From contig OZ244960.1 of assembly GCA_965222605.1 (NCBI GenBank), positions 4,960,001 to 5,024,000 of the forward strand: a DNA stretch of 64,000 bases. The letters run 5' to 3'. The translations under genes were made by a program, and so were the position numbers. The number at the start of each line of letters is the position of its first letter. The stretch's first letter is position 1. A model generated the notes under the pieces. It saw only the letters and a program-made list of their open reading frames with translations, was not told where the DNA came from and did not search any database. This stretch comes from Candidatus Latescibacterota bacterium. GTDB taxonomy: Bacteria > Latescibacterota > UBA2968. Positions 29,264-40,800 of the stretch are shown in pieces.

Positions 29264-29377
29264 CTCATGCTTTATGGCGTTTATTAAACTACTATACTGA
29301 CGTTGTGCTGTGCACGCGCAGCACAACGTTCACTCGCCTTCATATACGACTTCTCGAACTTGTTGAAACGCAAAAAC

Positions 29378-31177
29378 ATGAATCTTCAAAATATTCGAAA
29401 TTTTTCCATCATCGCGCATATTGACCACGGAAAATCAACTCTGGCTGACCGGTTGCTCGAGCAGACTCAAACTCTGAGTAAATTTCAGATGCAAGATCAG
29501 GTGCTCGACAGCATGGATCTCGAGCGCGAGCGGGGGATTACCATTAAATCGCACGCCATTCGCATGGATTACACGGCGCCAGATGGCCAGATTTATGAAC
29601 TCAACCTCATCGATACACCGGGCCATGTCGATTTCTCTTATGAAGTCTCGCGCAGCCTCACCGCATGTGAAGGGGCGCTGCTCCTCGTTGACGCGGCACA
29701 GGGGGTGGAAGCCCAAACCGTTAGCAATGTTCTCCTCGCTATGGAGCACGACCTGTTCATCATTCCCGTGATCAACAAAATTGACCTGCCCGGCGCCGAG
29801 GTCGATCGCGTGGTCATGCAACTCCACGACTTGCTGGGTGTCGAAGAAGAAGAAATTGTCAAAATCAGTGCCAAAGAGGGCATTGGGATCGCTACACTCT
29901 TGAGTGCCATCATCGATGAGATACCGCCTCCTGATGGGAACCCGGATGCGCCCCTTAAGGCCCTCATATTCGATTCTGTTTTTGATCAATATCGCGGTGT
30001 CGTGGCTTATGTGCGCGTTTTTGATGGCGTTCTGAAAAAAAATATGCCCATCCGACTTTTTTCGACCCGCCAAAATTACGACGCCGAAGAAATTGGCACC
30101 CTCAAACTCAAACGCATCAAACAACAAAGCCTTAGTGCTGGCGAAGTCGGGTATCTCATCGCGGGGATAAAAGACCTTGAAGACGCTCGGGTCGGCGATA
30201 CCGTTACCGGCTCTGCGAATCCCGCCATTCATCCCTTGCCCGGCTATAAGGAAGTCAAACCCATGGTTTTTGCCGGACTCTATCCCGTATTATCAGATGA
30301 CTTTGAAAACCTGCGCTCTGCGCTCGAAAAACTGCACCTTAACGATGCGTCATTGTCCTACGAACCCGAAACTTCGACAGCACTCGGTTTCGGGTTCCGA
30401 TGTGGCTTTCTCGGCCTGCTCCACATGGAAATTGTCCAGGAGCGACTGGACCGCGAATTTGACATAGACATCATTACTACTGTGCCCAATGTCGAATATC
30501 GCGTGCGTCTGACCAGTGGTGAGCAAATCGATGTGCAAAATCCCGCAGGGATGCCCCCAGCGGGAAATATAGAAGATATTGCCGAACCCATACTCGATGC
30601 CCAAATCCTGGTGCCCTCTGAATATGTGGGCAGTATTATGCGTATTGCACAAGACCGGCGGGGACATTACCGGACGACCGAATATATCGATCCCACCCGC
30701 GCGCTCTTGCGCTACGACCTGCCGTTATCCGAAATTGTACTCGATTTTTACGACCGTCTCAAGTCGGTCTCGCGCGGTTATGCATCTTTTGACTACGAAT
30801 ACAAAAAACACCAGGCAGCGGATCTGGTCAAACTCGACCTGCTCATCAATGGCGAACCTTTAGACGCACTCTCTGCAATTGTTCACCGCGACAAAGCCCA
30901 TGAATGGGGGCGTGCGTTGTGTCAAAAACTCAAGGCACTAATCCCGCGACAACTCTTTGAGGTCGTTATTCAAGCGGCAATTGGTGCCAAAGTGATTTCG
31001 CGCGAAACCGTGCGTCCCTTCCGCAAAAACGTCACTGCCAAATGTTATGGTGGCGATATTACCCGCAAGCGCAAACTCCTCGAGCGTCAAAAAGAGGGCA
31101 AAAAGCGCATGAAACAAGTCGGCGCAGTAGAAATCCCCCAAGAGGCATTTCTCGCTGTTTTGCAGATGGAAGTGTGA
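29378..31177 (+). CDS. lepA: Elongation factor 4
   Basis: [51 protein letters not shown]. Confidence 0.98.
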   Translation: MNLQNIRNFSIIAHIDHGKSTLADRLLEQTQTLSKFQMQDQVLDSMDLERERGITIKSHAIRMDYTAPDGQIYELNLIDTPGHVDFSYEVSRSLTACEGALLLVDAAQGVEAQTVSNVLLAMEHDLFIIPVINKIDLPGAEVDRVVMQLHDLLGVEEEEIVKISAKEGIGIATLLSAIIDEIPPPDGNPDAPLKALIFDSVFDQYRGVVAYVRVFDGVLKKNMPIRLFSTRQNYDAEEIGTLKLKRIKQQSLSAGEVGYLIAGIKDLEDARVGDTVTGSANPAIHPLPGYKEVKPMVFAGLYPVLSDDFENLRSALEKLHLNDASLSYEPETSTALGFGFRCGFLGLLHMEIVQERLDREFDIDIITTVPNVEYRVRLTSGEQIDVQNPAGMPPAGNIEDIAEPILDAQILVPSEYVGSIMRIAQDRRGHYRTTEYIDPTRALLRYDLPLSEIVLDFYDRLKSVSRGYASFDYEYKKHQAADLVKLDLLINGEPLDALSAIVHRDKAHEWGRALCQKLKALIPRQLFEVVIQAAIGAKVISRETVRPFRKNVTAKCYGGDITRKRKLLERQKEGKKRMKQVGAVEIPQEAFLAVLQMEV

Positions 31178-31182
31178 GGAAA

Positions 31183-31872
31183 ATGCCCCAAAAAAAATCC
31201 GTGACTATTGAATATATCAAAGCCATCTTACTCGCGTTTGCACTCGCGCTTTTTATTCGCATATTTGTCGTACAGGCATTTCGCATTCCTTCGGGATCGA
31301 TGGAAAGCACTTTGCTGGTCGGAGATTTTTTGCTGGCGAATAAATTTATTTATGGCGCTCGCATTCCCTTTACCGACGTTCGCCTGCCTGCGTGGCGCTC
31401 GCCAGCTCCCGGCGATATTGTCATTTTTCAGTATCCCAGAGATCTATCCCGCGATTTTATCAAACGCATTGTCGCAGGCCCCGGGCAGAAAGTTGAAATC
31501 AAGGATAAAATCCTTTATGTTGACGACAAACGCGCGATTGATCCGTCCAAAATCAAATATATAGATTCTGTTATTCTCAAACGGAGATCGGCGGCCAATA
31601 CGCGGGATAACTACGGGCCTAAGATCGTGCCCGAAGACTGTTATTTCGTGATGGGCGACAATCGCGACAGCAGTGAAGACAGCCGATACTGGGGCTTTCT
31701 CAAGCGCGATCTCATTCGAGGTCAAGCATTTCTTCTCTACTGGTCCTGGGCACTAGATGATCGTGTCCCCGCATATAGCAACATAACATCTCTAATCGGT
31801 ATCGCGATCTATAATCTGCTCCATTTTCCAGAGCGCGTGCGCTGGCAGCGCATTGGCATGCTCGTGGAGTGA
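31183..31872 (+). CDS. lepB: Signal peptidase I
   Basis: IPSGSM (Ser), FIKR (Lys), MGDNRDSSEDSRYWG. Confidence 0.96.
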   Translation: MPQKKSVTIEYIKAILLAFALALFIRIFVVQAFRIPSGSMESTLLVGDFLLANKFIYGARIPFTDVRLPAWRSPAPGDIVIFQYPRDLSRDFIKRIVAGPGQKVEIKDKILYVDDKRAIDPSKIKYIDSVILKRRSAANTRDNYGPKIVPEDCYFVMGDNRDSSEDSRYWGFLKRDLIRGQAFLLYWSWALDDRVPAYSNITSLIGIAIYNLLHFPERVRWQRIGMLVE

Positions 31873-32979
31873 CACATCGGTCTTTACATCCACATCCCAT
31901 TTTGTCACTCTCGCTGTCCGTATTGCGATTTTGCATTTGTCGTGGGCAAAAATCACCTGGCAAAACGCTATACGGATGCGGTGATTGCCGAAATGCAAAA
32001 CCGCCTGCAAGCCCTCGAAACGCTCCCCGTGTTCAACACGCTGTACTTTGGGGGAGGCACGCCTTCGGCAATACCACCTGGGCAATTGGATCGGATTCTG
32101 ACAAGTGCGAAAAATGCGATCGCTCCCGATGCAGAGATTACGGCAGAGGCCAATCCAAATGATCACAAGCACTTTGACAAATTATATGAACACGGCATCA
32201 ACCGCTTGAGCCTGGGCGTGCAGGCATTTACAGATCGCGCACTCAAAGCACTCGGTCGCTTTCACACGGCATCAGATGCGACAGCGGCGTTTCAAGCCGC
32301 CCGCGATGTGGGGTTTAAGAATATAAGTATCGACCTCATGTACGGCGCGCCGGGACAGACACCTGAAGAATGGGCAAAGAGTCTTCAACGAGCTATTGAC
32401 CTGTATCCTGAACATATCTCCTTGTATGGTCTCACGATTGAACCCCGGACCAATTTTGCACGCCGCTTTCAAAAGGGGCAATTGAAGGTGCCGCCTGAAA
32501 CCGACCAGGCCGAGATGTATATGTATGCTATTGATCAACTCGAAGCCGCTGGATACACACATTACGAAATTTCTAATTTTGCCCAACCGGGATTTGCGTC
32601 GCGTCACAATCTCAATTACTGGCATGATCGCCCCTATCTGGGCGTTGGTTTGTCTGCACATTCGTATCTCGACAATCGGCGATCCTGGAATGTGCGCGAT
32701 CTCGCAACTTATATGCAGCGCATTGAGGCAACCGGATTTGCAGTGGAAAGAGAGGAACAGCTCACACCGACGCAGCATCTGCTGGAACGCATTATGCTGG
32801 GGTTGCGCCAGCGCCGGGGACTCCGCGCAGATTTTTTGAGCCATCCAAAAATCCACAAACAGTATATCGCGATGGCAAACCAGCACTTGCTGGAACGAAC
32901 TGACAACCGCGTTCGCCTGACGCGGCGAGGTCTCTTGCTCGCCGATCTGGTATGCACCGAACTCGTTAGAGAACTATAG
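31873..32979 (+). CDS. hemW: Radical SAM heme chaperone HemW (no canonical in-frame start codon; start uncertain)
   Basis: HIGLYIHIPFCHSRCPYCDF begins right after the lepB TGA. Also YFGGGTPS, EANP, HYEISNF, SRHNLNYW. Confidence 0.9.
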   Translation, partial: HIGLYIHIPFCHSRCPYCDFAFVVGKNHLAKRYTDAVIAEMQNRLQALETLPVFNTLYFGGGTPSAIPPGQLDRILTSAKNAIAPDAEITAEANPNDHKHFDKLYEHGINRLSLGVQAFTDRALKALGRFHTASDATAAFQAARDVGFKNISIDLMYGAPGQTPEEWAKSLQRAIDLYPEHISLYGLTIEPRTNFARRFQKGQLKVPPETDQAEMYMYAIDQLEAAGYTHYEISNFAQPGFASRHNLNYWHDRPYLGVGLSAHSYLDNRRSWNVRDLATYMQRIEATGFAVEREEQLTPTQHLLERIMLGLRQRRGLRADFLSHPKIHKQYIAMANQHLLERTDNRVRLTRRGLLLADLVCTELVREL

Positions 32980-33879
32980 ATGGAATTTCGCATCCGCCTA
33001 CCCGGTTCCACTGCCAATCTTGGCCCAGGTTATGATGCCCTGGGTATGGCTTTGTCCATTTACAATTATGTCGTGGTAAAGATTCGTTCCCAACCGGGCT
33101 TGTCGTTTAGCATTGAAGGTGAAGGCAAGGGTATTTTGCCTGCTGATGAGGAGAATCTGTTCTATCGCGCCGCGCAATTCACCGCCCAACGCGCAGGCAA
33201 AACACTGCCCGGGATCGATATCCACATGCACAATACCGTGCCTCTTGCCCGGGGATTGGGTAGCAGTTCAACCGCCATTGTCGGCGGTGTTATTGCGGCT
33301 AACCGCCTCTTATGCGAACCCTTTTCCCAGACGGAGATGCTCGATATTGCCACGGCTATTGAAGGTCATCCCGACAATGTTTCGCCCTGCTTGCTCGGCG
33401 GCCTCACAGCCTCTACTATGGATGACAACCGCGTTGCCTGCGTGTGCGCTCTGCCTCCAGCAAAATTGCGCGCCGTGGTCGCCATTCCCGAATTTGAACT
33501 CAAAACCGAAGATGCTCGCAATGTCTTGCCCGACACCATTTCTCACCGTGATGCCGTTTTCAGTACAAGCCGAGCCTGCATTGTTACAGCAGCGCTGATC
33601 ACGGGAAATTTTGAGCATCTCGCTATCGGCATGCAAGACCGCTTGCATCACCCCTATCGGGCAAAACTCATTCCGGGCTTTGATCAGATACTCACAGCAG
33701 CGGTCAAAGCAGGTGCATGGGGTGCCGCGCTTTCGGGCGCGGGACCGACCCTCGTCGCGCTTACAACCCAAAATGCCGACGCTATCGGACAGGCTATGAT
33801 CGGTATTTGGGCTAAAAAAAACATACGGGCGCGTTATCAGGTCCTCGAAGTTGATCCATCGGGAGCCACAGTCACATGA
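32980..33879 (+). CDS. thrB: Homoserine kinase
   Basis: PGSTANLGPGYD, PLARGLGSS, EGHPDN, LSGAGPT. Confidence 0.96.
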   Translation: MEFRIRLPGSTANLGPGYDALGMALSIYNYVVVKIRSQPGLSFSIEGEGKGILPADEENLFYRAAQFTAQRAGKTLPGIDIHMHNTVPLARGLGSSSTAIVGGVIAANRLLCEPFSQTEMLDIATAIEGHPDNVSPCLLGGLTASTMDDNRVACVCALPPAKLRAVVAIPEFELKTEDARNVLPDTISHRDAVFSTSRACIVTAALITGNFEHLAIGMQDRLHHPYRAKLIPGFDQILTAAVKAGAWGAALSGAGPTLVALTTQNADAIGQAMIGIWAKKNIRARYQVLEVDPSGATVT

Positions 33880-35612
33880 TCATCTCTATGGCATATCCGG
33901 GACGCTATATGCGTCTTTTTTATATCGCGCTCGTGGGCTTGCTCATTTTTGACTTTGCGTTTTACCCTTTGGCCGCACACGCGCAATCTCGCCGTCGCGA
34001 TTCGCGTCAGACTGAAAAAAAACCCGAACGGCGAGAACCCACCAGACCTTTTGCCGCGCCTTCTCCTGAAAAAACAGAGCAAGAAGCTACACCACTGGTT
34101 GAAATCAAAAGCATTGGCAAAGCGGCCTATGACGCGGTTATTCGCTCGGGGCGCTATATTGTCGGGCCGGGCGATGTTTTTGCCGTGGTTGTAAATAGAG
34201 GTGAAGAAATAGAAATTTTTGAAGTGCCCGTCGGCGCGAGCGGCAGTTTGCTTTTTCCGTCTATCGGCCCGGTTCCTGTTGCGTTTTTATCGCTTGCAGA
34301 AGCTGACCGGGCTATCCAATCTGCGATCAAAAAACGCTTTCATCAACTCGATATCTCCATCAGCCTCGCGCAACTCCGCACATTTCCCATCAACGTGGTA
34401 GGCGAAGTACATATACCCGGTGCCGTTGCGGTCAATGGTGTAGAACAGGCATCGCAACTCATCCTCAAAGCCGGGGGCCTTATTGACGACCCAGACCGCA
34501 GAGGTTCCAGCCGCAATATCCAGATTATGCGCCTTGACGAAAATGGACAGTGGCACAATACGGGACGCCGGGTCGATCTCGAGCTGTGGAACCGCACGGG
34601 CGACGCACAGTACAACCCCTTCATGCTCGATGGGGAACAAATCGTGGTGCCCGCTGCCAAAAGCGATTCTATCTATGTCACAGGGGCGATACAACGGCCC
34701 GGTAGTTATGAATTTGCGCCCGGCGATCGCGTGTCCGATCTCATTGTTCTGGGAAATGGCTTGCGCGCCCATTCCCCACCAAAGCGCGCCCACCTTTTGC
34801 GCCTGTCAAAAGATGGCGAGTGGGCACCCATAGTTATTGACCTCCCGCGCGCCCTCGCAGATGATCCCGAGGCCAACATCCCCGTGCAAATAGGTGATAA
34901 ACTCTATGTTATTGGCGAAACAAAGCGGGTTTACGTCGAAGGTGAGGTAAAATTCCCCGGTCCTTTTCCCTTGAAGGAGGGGCTTCGTCTCAAAGAATTA
35001 TTACAACAGGCTGAACTCACACCCGAAGCGTCCGTGGTCCAGGCGTCTCTTATTCGCAAAGTCAATTATGAAGAGACCGCAACGGAAGACGATCCCACGC
35101 TCGACCGGTTGCTCGACATTGACCGCGTACAGCGCACCGACGCCGAAGAAGCCCTCATTACCCTCAAAACTCAGCAGCTTTCGGGGCGTTTGCCCATTGA
35201 TTTTGTGGCTCTCCTCGCCGGTAGCGAGCGGCACAATATTCTCCTGCAAGATGGCGATGTCATTCGCATTCCGCGATTTGTACCTTCTGTGCGCGTGACA
35301 GGTGCGGTCGTTGCACCTGCAAATATTCCATACGATGCGGCGCTTACGGTTGGCGGTTATATTGATCTTGCCGGTGGTTTTAACACGCGTGCAAAACGAA
35401 AAGATATCATCATTGTCGAGGGCAATACGGGCAACGCTATACGCGCTACGGCAGAATCGCTCGTGCGTCCCGGCGACGCGATTTTTGTCCCCCCGCGAGA
35501 AATCGTGCCCGGGCAGGGTTATCGCATTTTGAGAGAAGCTATTGCAATGGTAGGTGCTGTTGCATCGATTGTTCTGACCATTACGGTGATTAACCGCGAA
35601 CGCGGGCAGTGA
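33876..35612 (+). CDS. SLBB-domain polysaccharide export protein (Wza/KpsD-like)
   Basis: YIVGPGD Poly_export motif and repeated V.V.GEV..PG/AGG SLBB domains. Signal-like N-terminus; the start may be at 33909. Confidence 0.85.
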   Translation: MIISMAYPGRYMRLFYIALVGLLIFDFAFYPLAAHAQSRRRDSRQTEKKPERREPTRPFAAPSPEKTEQEATPLVEIKSIGKAAYDAVIRSGRYIVGPGDVFAVVVNRGEEIEIFEVPVGASGSLLFPSIGPVPVAFLSLAEADRAIQSAIKKRFHQLDISISLAQLRTFPINVVGEVHIPGAVAVNGVEQASQLILKAGGLIDDPDRRGSSRNIQIMRLDENGQWHNTGRRVDLELWNRTGDAQYNPFMLDGEQIVVPAAKSDSIYVTGAIQRPGSYEFAPGDRVSDLIVLGNGLRAHSPPKRAHLLRLSKDGEWAPIVIDLPRALADDPEANIPVQIGDKLYVIGETKRVYVEGEVKFPGPFPLKEGLRLKELLQQAELTPEASVVQASLIRKVNYEETATEDDPTLDRLLDIDRVQRTDAEEALITLKTQQLSGRLPIDFVALLAGSERHNILLQDGDVIRIPRFVPSVRVTGAVVAPANIPYDAALTVGGYIDLAGGFNTRAKRKDIIIVEGNTGNAIRATAESLVRPGDAIFVPPREIVPGQGYRILREAIAMVGAVASIVLTITVINRERGQ

Positions 35613-35614
35613 CT

Positions 35615-36796
35615 ATGGAATCTGAACGCAATATCCTCGATCATATTTACGTGCTCGTGCGCTGGCGGCGCATGATTCTCACGTGTTTTTTTGCCGTCGC
35701 GCTGGTGACGGCGGGCATTTCTCTAATCTTGCCCAAGGCCTACCGCGCTTATGCCAGAGTTTATCCTCCACAAGATACCGGCGGTGGCTTAGGGGGGCTA
35801 TCTAATCTTTTGCAAGAACTGCCTCTCAATTTGATGGGACTGGGCGGTGCGGCCGTATCTGCCACAGAATTTGTCCCGGTCATTGAAAGCGAAAGCGTGC
35901 GCCTATCTGTTGCAGAGCACTTTGATCTCGCCACGCGCTATGGTGCCAGCCATCAAAGCGAATTGCTCGACATGATATCCAATCGCCTGCAAGTCGAGCT
36001 CTCGCGCGAGCAATTTCTCACGATTTCCTACGAAGCCGACACCCCAGAACTGGCGGCAGAATTGACCAATGCTTTTGTTGAAGAACTCGAAAACGCGCTT
36101 GAACGACGCAATAAAAACAAAATGCGTACCTATCTGGTCTATCTCACAGAGCGGCTCAAAGAAGCCGAACAGGATATGCTCGAAGCCGAACGGCGCTATC
36201 GGGATTTTCAGAACGAGCACATGGTATTAGACGTTGAAACCCAGGCCAAAACACAGTTGGAAATATCTTCCCCTCTCACCGGCTCGCTGGCAGAACTGAT
36301 TATCAAGCGCGATGTCCAATCACGACTGATGACCGCAGACAATCCCGAACTAAAAAAACTCGATATGGAAATCCAGACCACACGCGAGGTGCTCGACGAT
36401 CTGATTATGGGCCAATTTCCCGATAGTCTGCACAAGGGCGATTCGGGCGGACAATTGCCAGAGATTTTCAAACCCTTTCGACAATTGCCCGAATTGGGCC
36501 TGACCGCAGTGGCACTCATCCGCGATATTCAAATACAGAATGCCATCTATCAGTTTATCAAACAAGAGTACGAAAAAACGCGATTTGAAGATGGAAAAGG
36601 CACGCAGGTGGTCACTGTCCTGGATTATGCGCGACCTCCTGATACGCGCAGCTATCCGCGCCGCAGTCTCATGGTCGCCATTGCGGGGGGCCTCAGCCTG
36701 ATATTGAGTTGCTTGTTTGCCTTTGTATTTGAAGCTCTGAGAAATCTGACCCCGGAGAATCGGGCCAAACTCGATGCCATATCAGAGGAATTGTGA
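35615..36796 (+). CDS. Wzz/GumC-like polysaccharide chain-length regulator
   Basis: N- and C-terminal TM helices, central coiled coil, VLDYARPP..RSYPRR. No kinase domain. Confidence 0.85.
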   Translation: MESERNILDHIYVLVRWRRMILTCFFAVALVTAGISLILPKAYRAYARVYPPQDTGGGLGGLSNLLQELPLNLMGLGGAAVSATEFVPVIESESVRLSVAEHFDLATRYGASHQSELLDMISNRLQVELSREQFLTISYEADTPELAAELTNAFVEELENALERRNKNKMRTYLVYLTERLKEAEQDMLEAERRYRDFQNEHMVLDVETQAKTQLEISSPLTGSLAELIIKRDVQSRLMTADNPELKKLDMEIQTTREVLDDLIMGQFPDSLHKGDSGGQLPEIFKPFRQLPELGLTAVALIRDIQIQNAIYQFIKQEYEKTRFEDGKGTQVVTVLDYARPPDTRSYPRRSLMVAIAGGLSLILSCLFAFVFEALRNLTPENRAKLDAISEEL

Positions 36797-36813
36797 GTAA
36801 GCGAGGTATTTCC

Positions 36814-37869
36814 ATGTCTGAAAACCCGAATACAATGCAAAAATTGTCCCGAGGTTCTACAATTTTTACTACCACAGTTGGGTCTTATCCGCTACCTGAC
36901 TGGCTCGTGGCAGCACCGAGTGAAACTGCTGTTGTGGATGCCACGCGCGTTATTTTTGATACGCAGCGTCAAGCTGGGATTGATCTGCCCACCGATGGCG
37001 AACTCTATCGTTTTGACATCAACCATCCCGAGACCAATGGCATGATCGAATATTTTGTGCGCCCTATGGGTGGTACGCGCGCCGATTTTGGACGCACTGA
37101 GGTCGAGGCATTTCGCCAACGACAATCCATGGACTTTCGCGCTAAACCCGCTGCTGTTGTCGATGACGCGCTCTCAGAGGGTTCGCTCGACCTGTTATCC
37201 GACTGTTTGCGCGCAGCAACCGTCGCAGGTGGCCCCTTCAAATTTACGCTTACCAGCCCCTATATGCTTGCCCGCACCTTGCTCGACAATTACTACGGCG
37301 ATTTTGAAGCCCTGCTCATGGGGGTGGCCGATGCGTTGGCCGATCAGGTGCGCGGCCTGCCATGCGCCTGTGTACAGGTCGATGAAGCCAATATTCCGGG
37401 TAACCCTGAAGACGGACCTATCGCAGCGAAGGCGATTAATACGGTACTCGATGCGATTGATCCCGATACTGAAAGAGCTGTTCACTTTTGTTTTGGGAAT
37501 TACGGTGGGCAAACCATCCAACGCGGTACATGGCGTGCACTCATTGATTTTCTCAACGATCTGCACACCGATCACCTCGTGCTCGAACTCGCCCATCGCC
37601 CTGATGATGATCTGGTTGCTCTGAAAGAAATTGATCCGCGCATCAAACTCGGCATTGGCGTGGTTGACATCAAAATCAATCACGTTGAAACTGCCGAACA
37701 GATTGCCCGGCGCCTCGATCACGCCGAAAAAGAACTCGGCCCGGGGCGCATCGCATTTATTCATCCCGATTGCGGGTTCTGGATGCTCAAACGCTCGGTA
37801 GCCGACCTCAAGATCACAGTCCTCGCACAGGGCAGAGATCTCTATTTGGGGAAAGCAACCACAGCATAG
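36814..37869 (+). CDS. Cobalamin-independent methionine synthase II family protein (catalytic domain only)
   Basis: TTVGSYP, TDGE, QVDE, Zn ligands HFCFGN / E / PDCG. Confidence 0.85.
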   Translation: MSENPNTMQKLSRGSTIFTTTVGSYPLPDWLVAAPSETAVVDATRVIFDTQRQAGIDLPTDGELYRFDINHPETNGMIEYFVRPMGGTRADFGRTEVEAFRQRQSMDFRAKPAAVVDDALSEGSLDLLSDCLRAATVAGGPFKFTLTSPYMLARTLLDNYYGDFEALLMGVADALADQVRGLPCACVQVDEANIPGNPEDGPIAAKAINTVLDAIDPDTERAVHFCFGNYGGQTIQRGTWRALIDFLNDLHTDHLVLELAHRPDDDLVALKEIDPRIKLGIGVVDIKINHVETAEQIARRLDHAEKELGPGRIAFIHPDCGFWMLKRSVADLKITVLAQGRDLYLGKATTA

Positions 37870-37899
37870 GCAGTTGTATCCCGCCCTGTACATTCTATC

Positions 37900-40800
37900 A
37901 TGCGCTATATTCTTATATTTTTTTTTAATCTCCTGATCTGGGGATTATCAACAGATGTTTTCGCTCAGGCACGCGGTACGATTGTTACCATTGCCGGTGG
38001 TGGTTTGGAAGATGGCGATAATATACTGGCAACGGATGTTGTGCTCAATCGCCCGCTCGGAATTGCGCTCGATACACGAGGCAATCTCTATATCGCGGAT
38101 ACGGATAATCACCGCATTCGACGGGTGGATGCGATAACGGGTATCATCACTGCGGTTGCGGGTACTGGGGAGCCGGGATTCTCGGGCGATGGCGGGCCAG
38201 CGACAAGTGCATTGCTCAATACCCCCAATGCTATTGCGGTCGATAGCGCGGGTAATATTTATATCAGCAGTGGTGGTGCGAGTGAAGGTGATGTTCACAA
38301 TCGGCGCATTCGGCGTATTGATGCTTTCGGTACCATCACTACGGTCGCGGGTACGGGCGAAGGTGGTTTCAATGATTTGGTACCCGCACTACAAGCCACG
38401 TTCCACGAAATTGTTGCACTGACGATGTTGGGTGATATAGCTCTTTTAATCTCCGATGGTCTCGATGAGAATGGACAGGGCAACAATCGCGTGCGGCAAT
38501 TCAATCTGGCGAATAATACCATAGGCACAATCGCAGGCAATGGCAGTGTTCAGGCGTCGAATATTCAGGATGGCGGGTTGGCAAGTCGGGCGGGTTTAAC
38601 TCCTGAGCAATTGGCTGTGACGGGCAATGGCGATCTTTTGATTGCCGATTTTAACAATGGACGCATTCGCCGCATTAGCAGGACAACGCGAGATACAACT
38701 GTTGTTGTCGTGATCAATACTGTAGCCGGGCGGGGAGCGACCTCTTCGGAAAATCTGTCAGAAGATCTCTACAAGGGCGATGGTGGGTTGGCGACAAGTG
38801 CTTTATTTTTTTCTCCTTCGGGCGTTGCTGTCGATGAAGCTGGCAATATCTATATCGGCGATACGGGCAATAATCGCATTCGCGTGGTCGAAGCGGAAAC
38901 GGGCAATGTGTTGACTATCGCGGGAACGGGTATTGCAGGCGCGGGGCCTGAAGGTACACTCGGTCTTCTGTCTGATCTGGGGCAGCCCACGCACTTGCTG
39001 ATTGATGGTAATGGGGACTTCATATTTATTGATTCTTTCAACAATCGCATCCGCAAACTGCGTGAACCCGCGTTCCGAATGCCTCTTTTCAATGCTATCT
39101 CCACGGATATCATCTTTGGCAGGGTTAGCGTTGGCGATCCCGCTGTGCGCAGTTTGCGCGTTGAAAATCGAGGCAATTTGTCTGTTCGCATTGAAACAGC
39201 TATTTCCAGTAACCCCAGGTTTCGCGTTTTGTCGGAATTGCCCTTTGAAGTCGGTATCGCACAAATCGCTGAAATTGAGATTGTATTTGATCCTGTGCAA
39301 ACAGGTGTGGCAAAAGGTGTTATCACTATTGCCACCAGTGACTCGCGCACACCTTCTGCCACGGTCAATGTGCAGGGATGGGGAGATGCCGCCAATATTG
39401 GACTCTTTCCATCCGATGTTTTAGTTTTTGATCGCACCTCCATTGGACAATCTCAAATATTGTCGGTACGCATTTCCAATCTTGGTGCCGGCGTGCTGGT
39501 CGTTCCCAATGTCACTACGACCGACTCGCAATTTGTTGTCGAACAAACCGATGTCCTTCGCATTGAATCCGGACAAAGCCAGCAACTTCCCATTATCTTC
39601 CGCCCGCAGTCCGAAGATCTCCAACAAGCTGTGCTGACCATTTTTAGCAACGCGCCAGAAAACCCTACTGTTAGACTTCAATTGCAGGGCATTGGGCAAA
39701 GTGCCCAGCCCAGCGGATTTGTCGATGTGGCACACAACACGAGTTTGGGAGACACGGGTGCGGGATTTGGCGCAGCCTGGACAGATTTTGACAACGATAA
39801 TGATCCCGATCTCTATCTCGTACGCAGCAAAGAACCCAATCGCTTATATCGCAATGACGGTGTGGGATTCACAGATATTGCGTCCGCTCTGGGTGTTGAC
39901 GATTCCGGCGATGGTAGCGCGGGGATATGGGGTGATGTGGATGGCGATGGGGATCTCGATCTTTACGTCACCAACTTTGGCGAATCCAATCGCTTATATC
40001 GCAATGACGGTGTGGGATTCACAGATATTGCCGCCACTTTTGGGGTTGACGACTCCGGAGATGGGTATGGCGCGGCATGGGCAGATTATGATCGCGATGG
40101 TGATCTCGACCTTTATGTTGCCAATTTTGGCGCAAACCGCTTTTACCAGAATAATGGCAATGGCTTTTCTGAGCGTGCTGACGACCTGGGTATAGGCGAT
40201 ATAGAAAGTGGGATTCAACCCACCTGGGGCGATTTCGATAATGATGGGGACCCCGATTTGTTTTTGGCGAATAGCGGACCCAACCGCCTTTTTCGCAATG
40301 ACGGCGAGCAATTCACGTCTGTAGAAAATGTTTTTAGCCCGGTTGATACCGGGCCGAGTTTTGGCGCGACCTGGGGGGATTTCGACAACGATGGGGATCT
40401 CGATCTGTTTATCCCTTATTTTGGCGCGGATAATAGATTTTATACAAACGAAGGGAATGGCGTGTTCAGAGATCGCGCGCCGGAGATGATGCTCAATCAC
40501 GATGGGCGAGGTAGAGGCGCGGTATGGGGAGATTTTGATAGCGATGGTTTTCTCGATCTCTATGTGACCAATAGCGGTCAGCCCAATTTGTATTACCAAA
40601 ATGAGGATGGGCGTTTTGTAGAGATGTCCGACTCTTTGGGCGTTGCCCTGAATGCCGATAGCCGCGGTGTTGCCCTTGCCGATTACGACAACGACGGAAA
40701 ACTCGATTTGTATGTCGCAGTGCAAGATGGCCCCGATGCTCTCTTTCGCAATCGCGAGGCGGATGGCAACTGGATCGCAATTCGGCTTCGCGGCACAGAT

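Noticed and set aside
31870-31872. Selenocysteine recoding of the lepB UGA
   Set aside because: The position is not a conserved Cys site, no SECIS-like hairpin is evident, and LepB ends naturally here.
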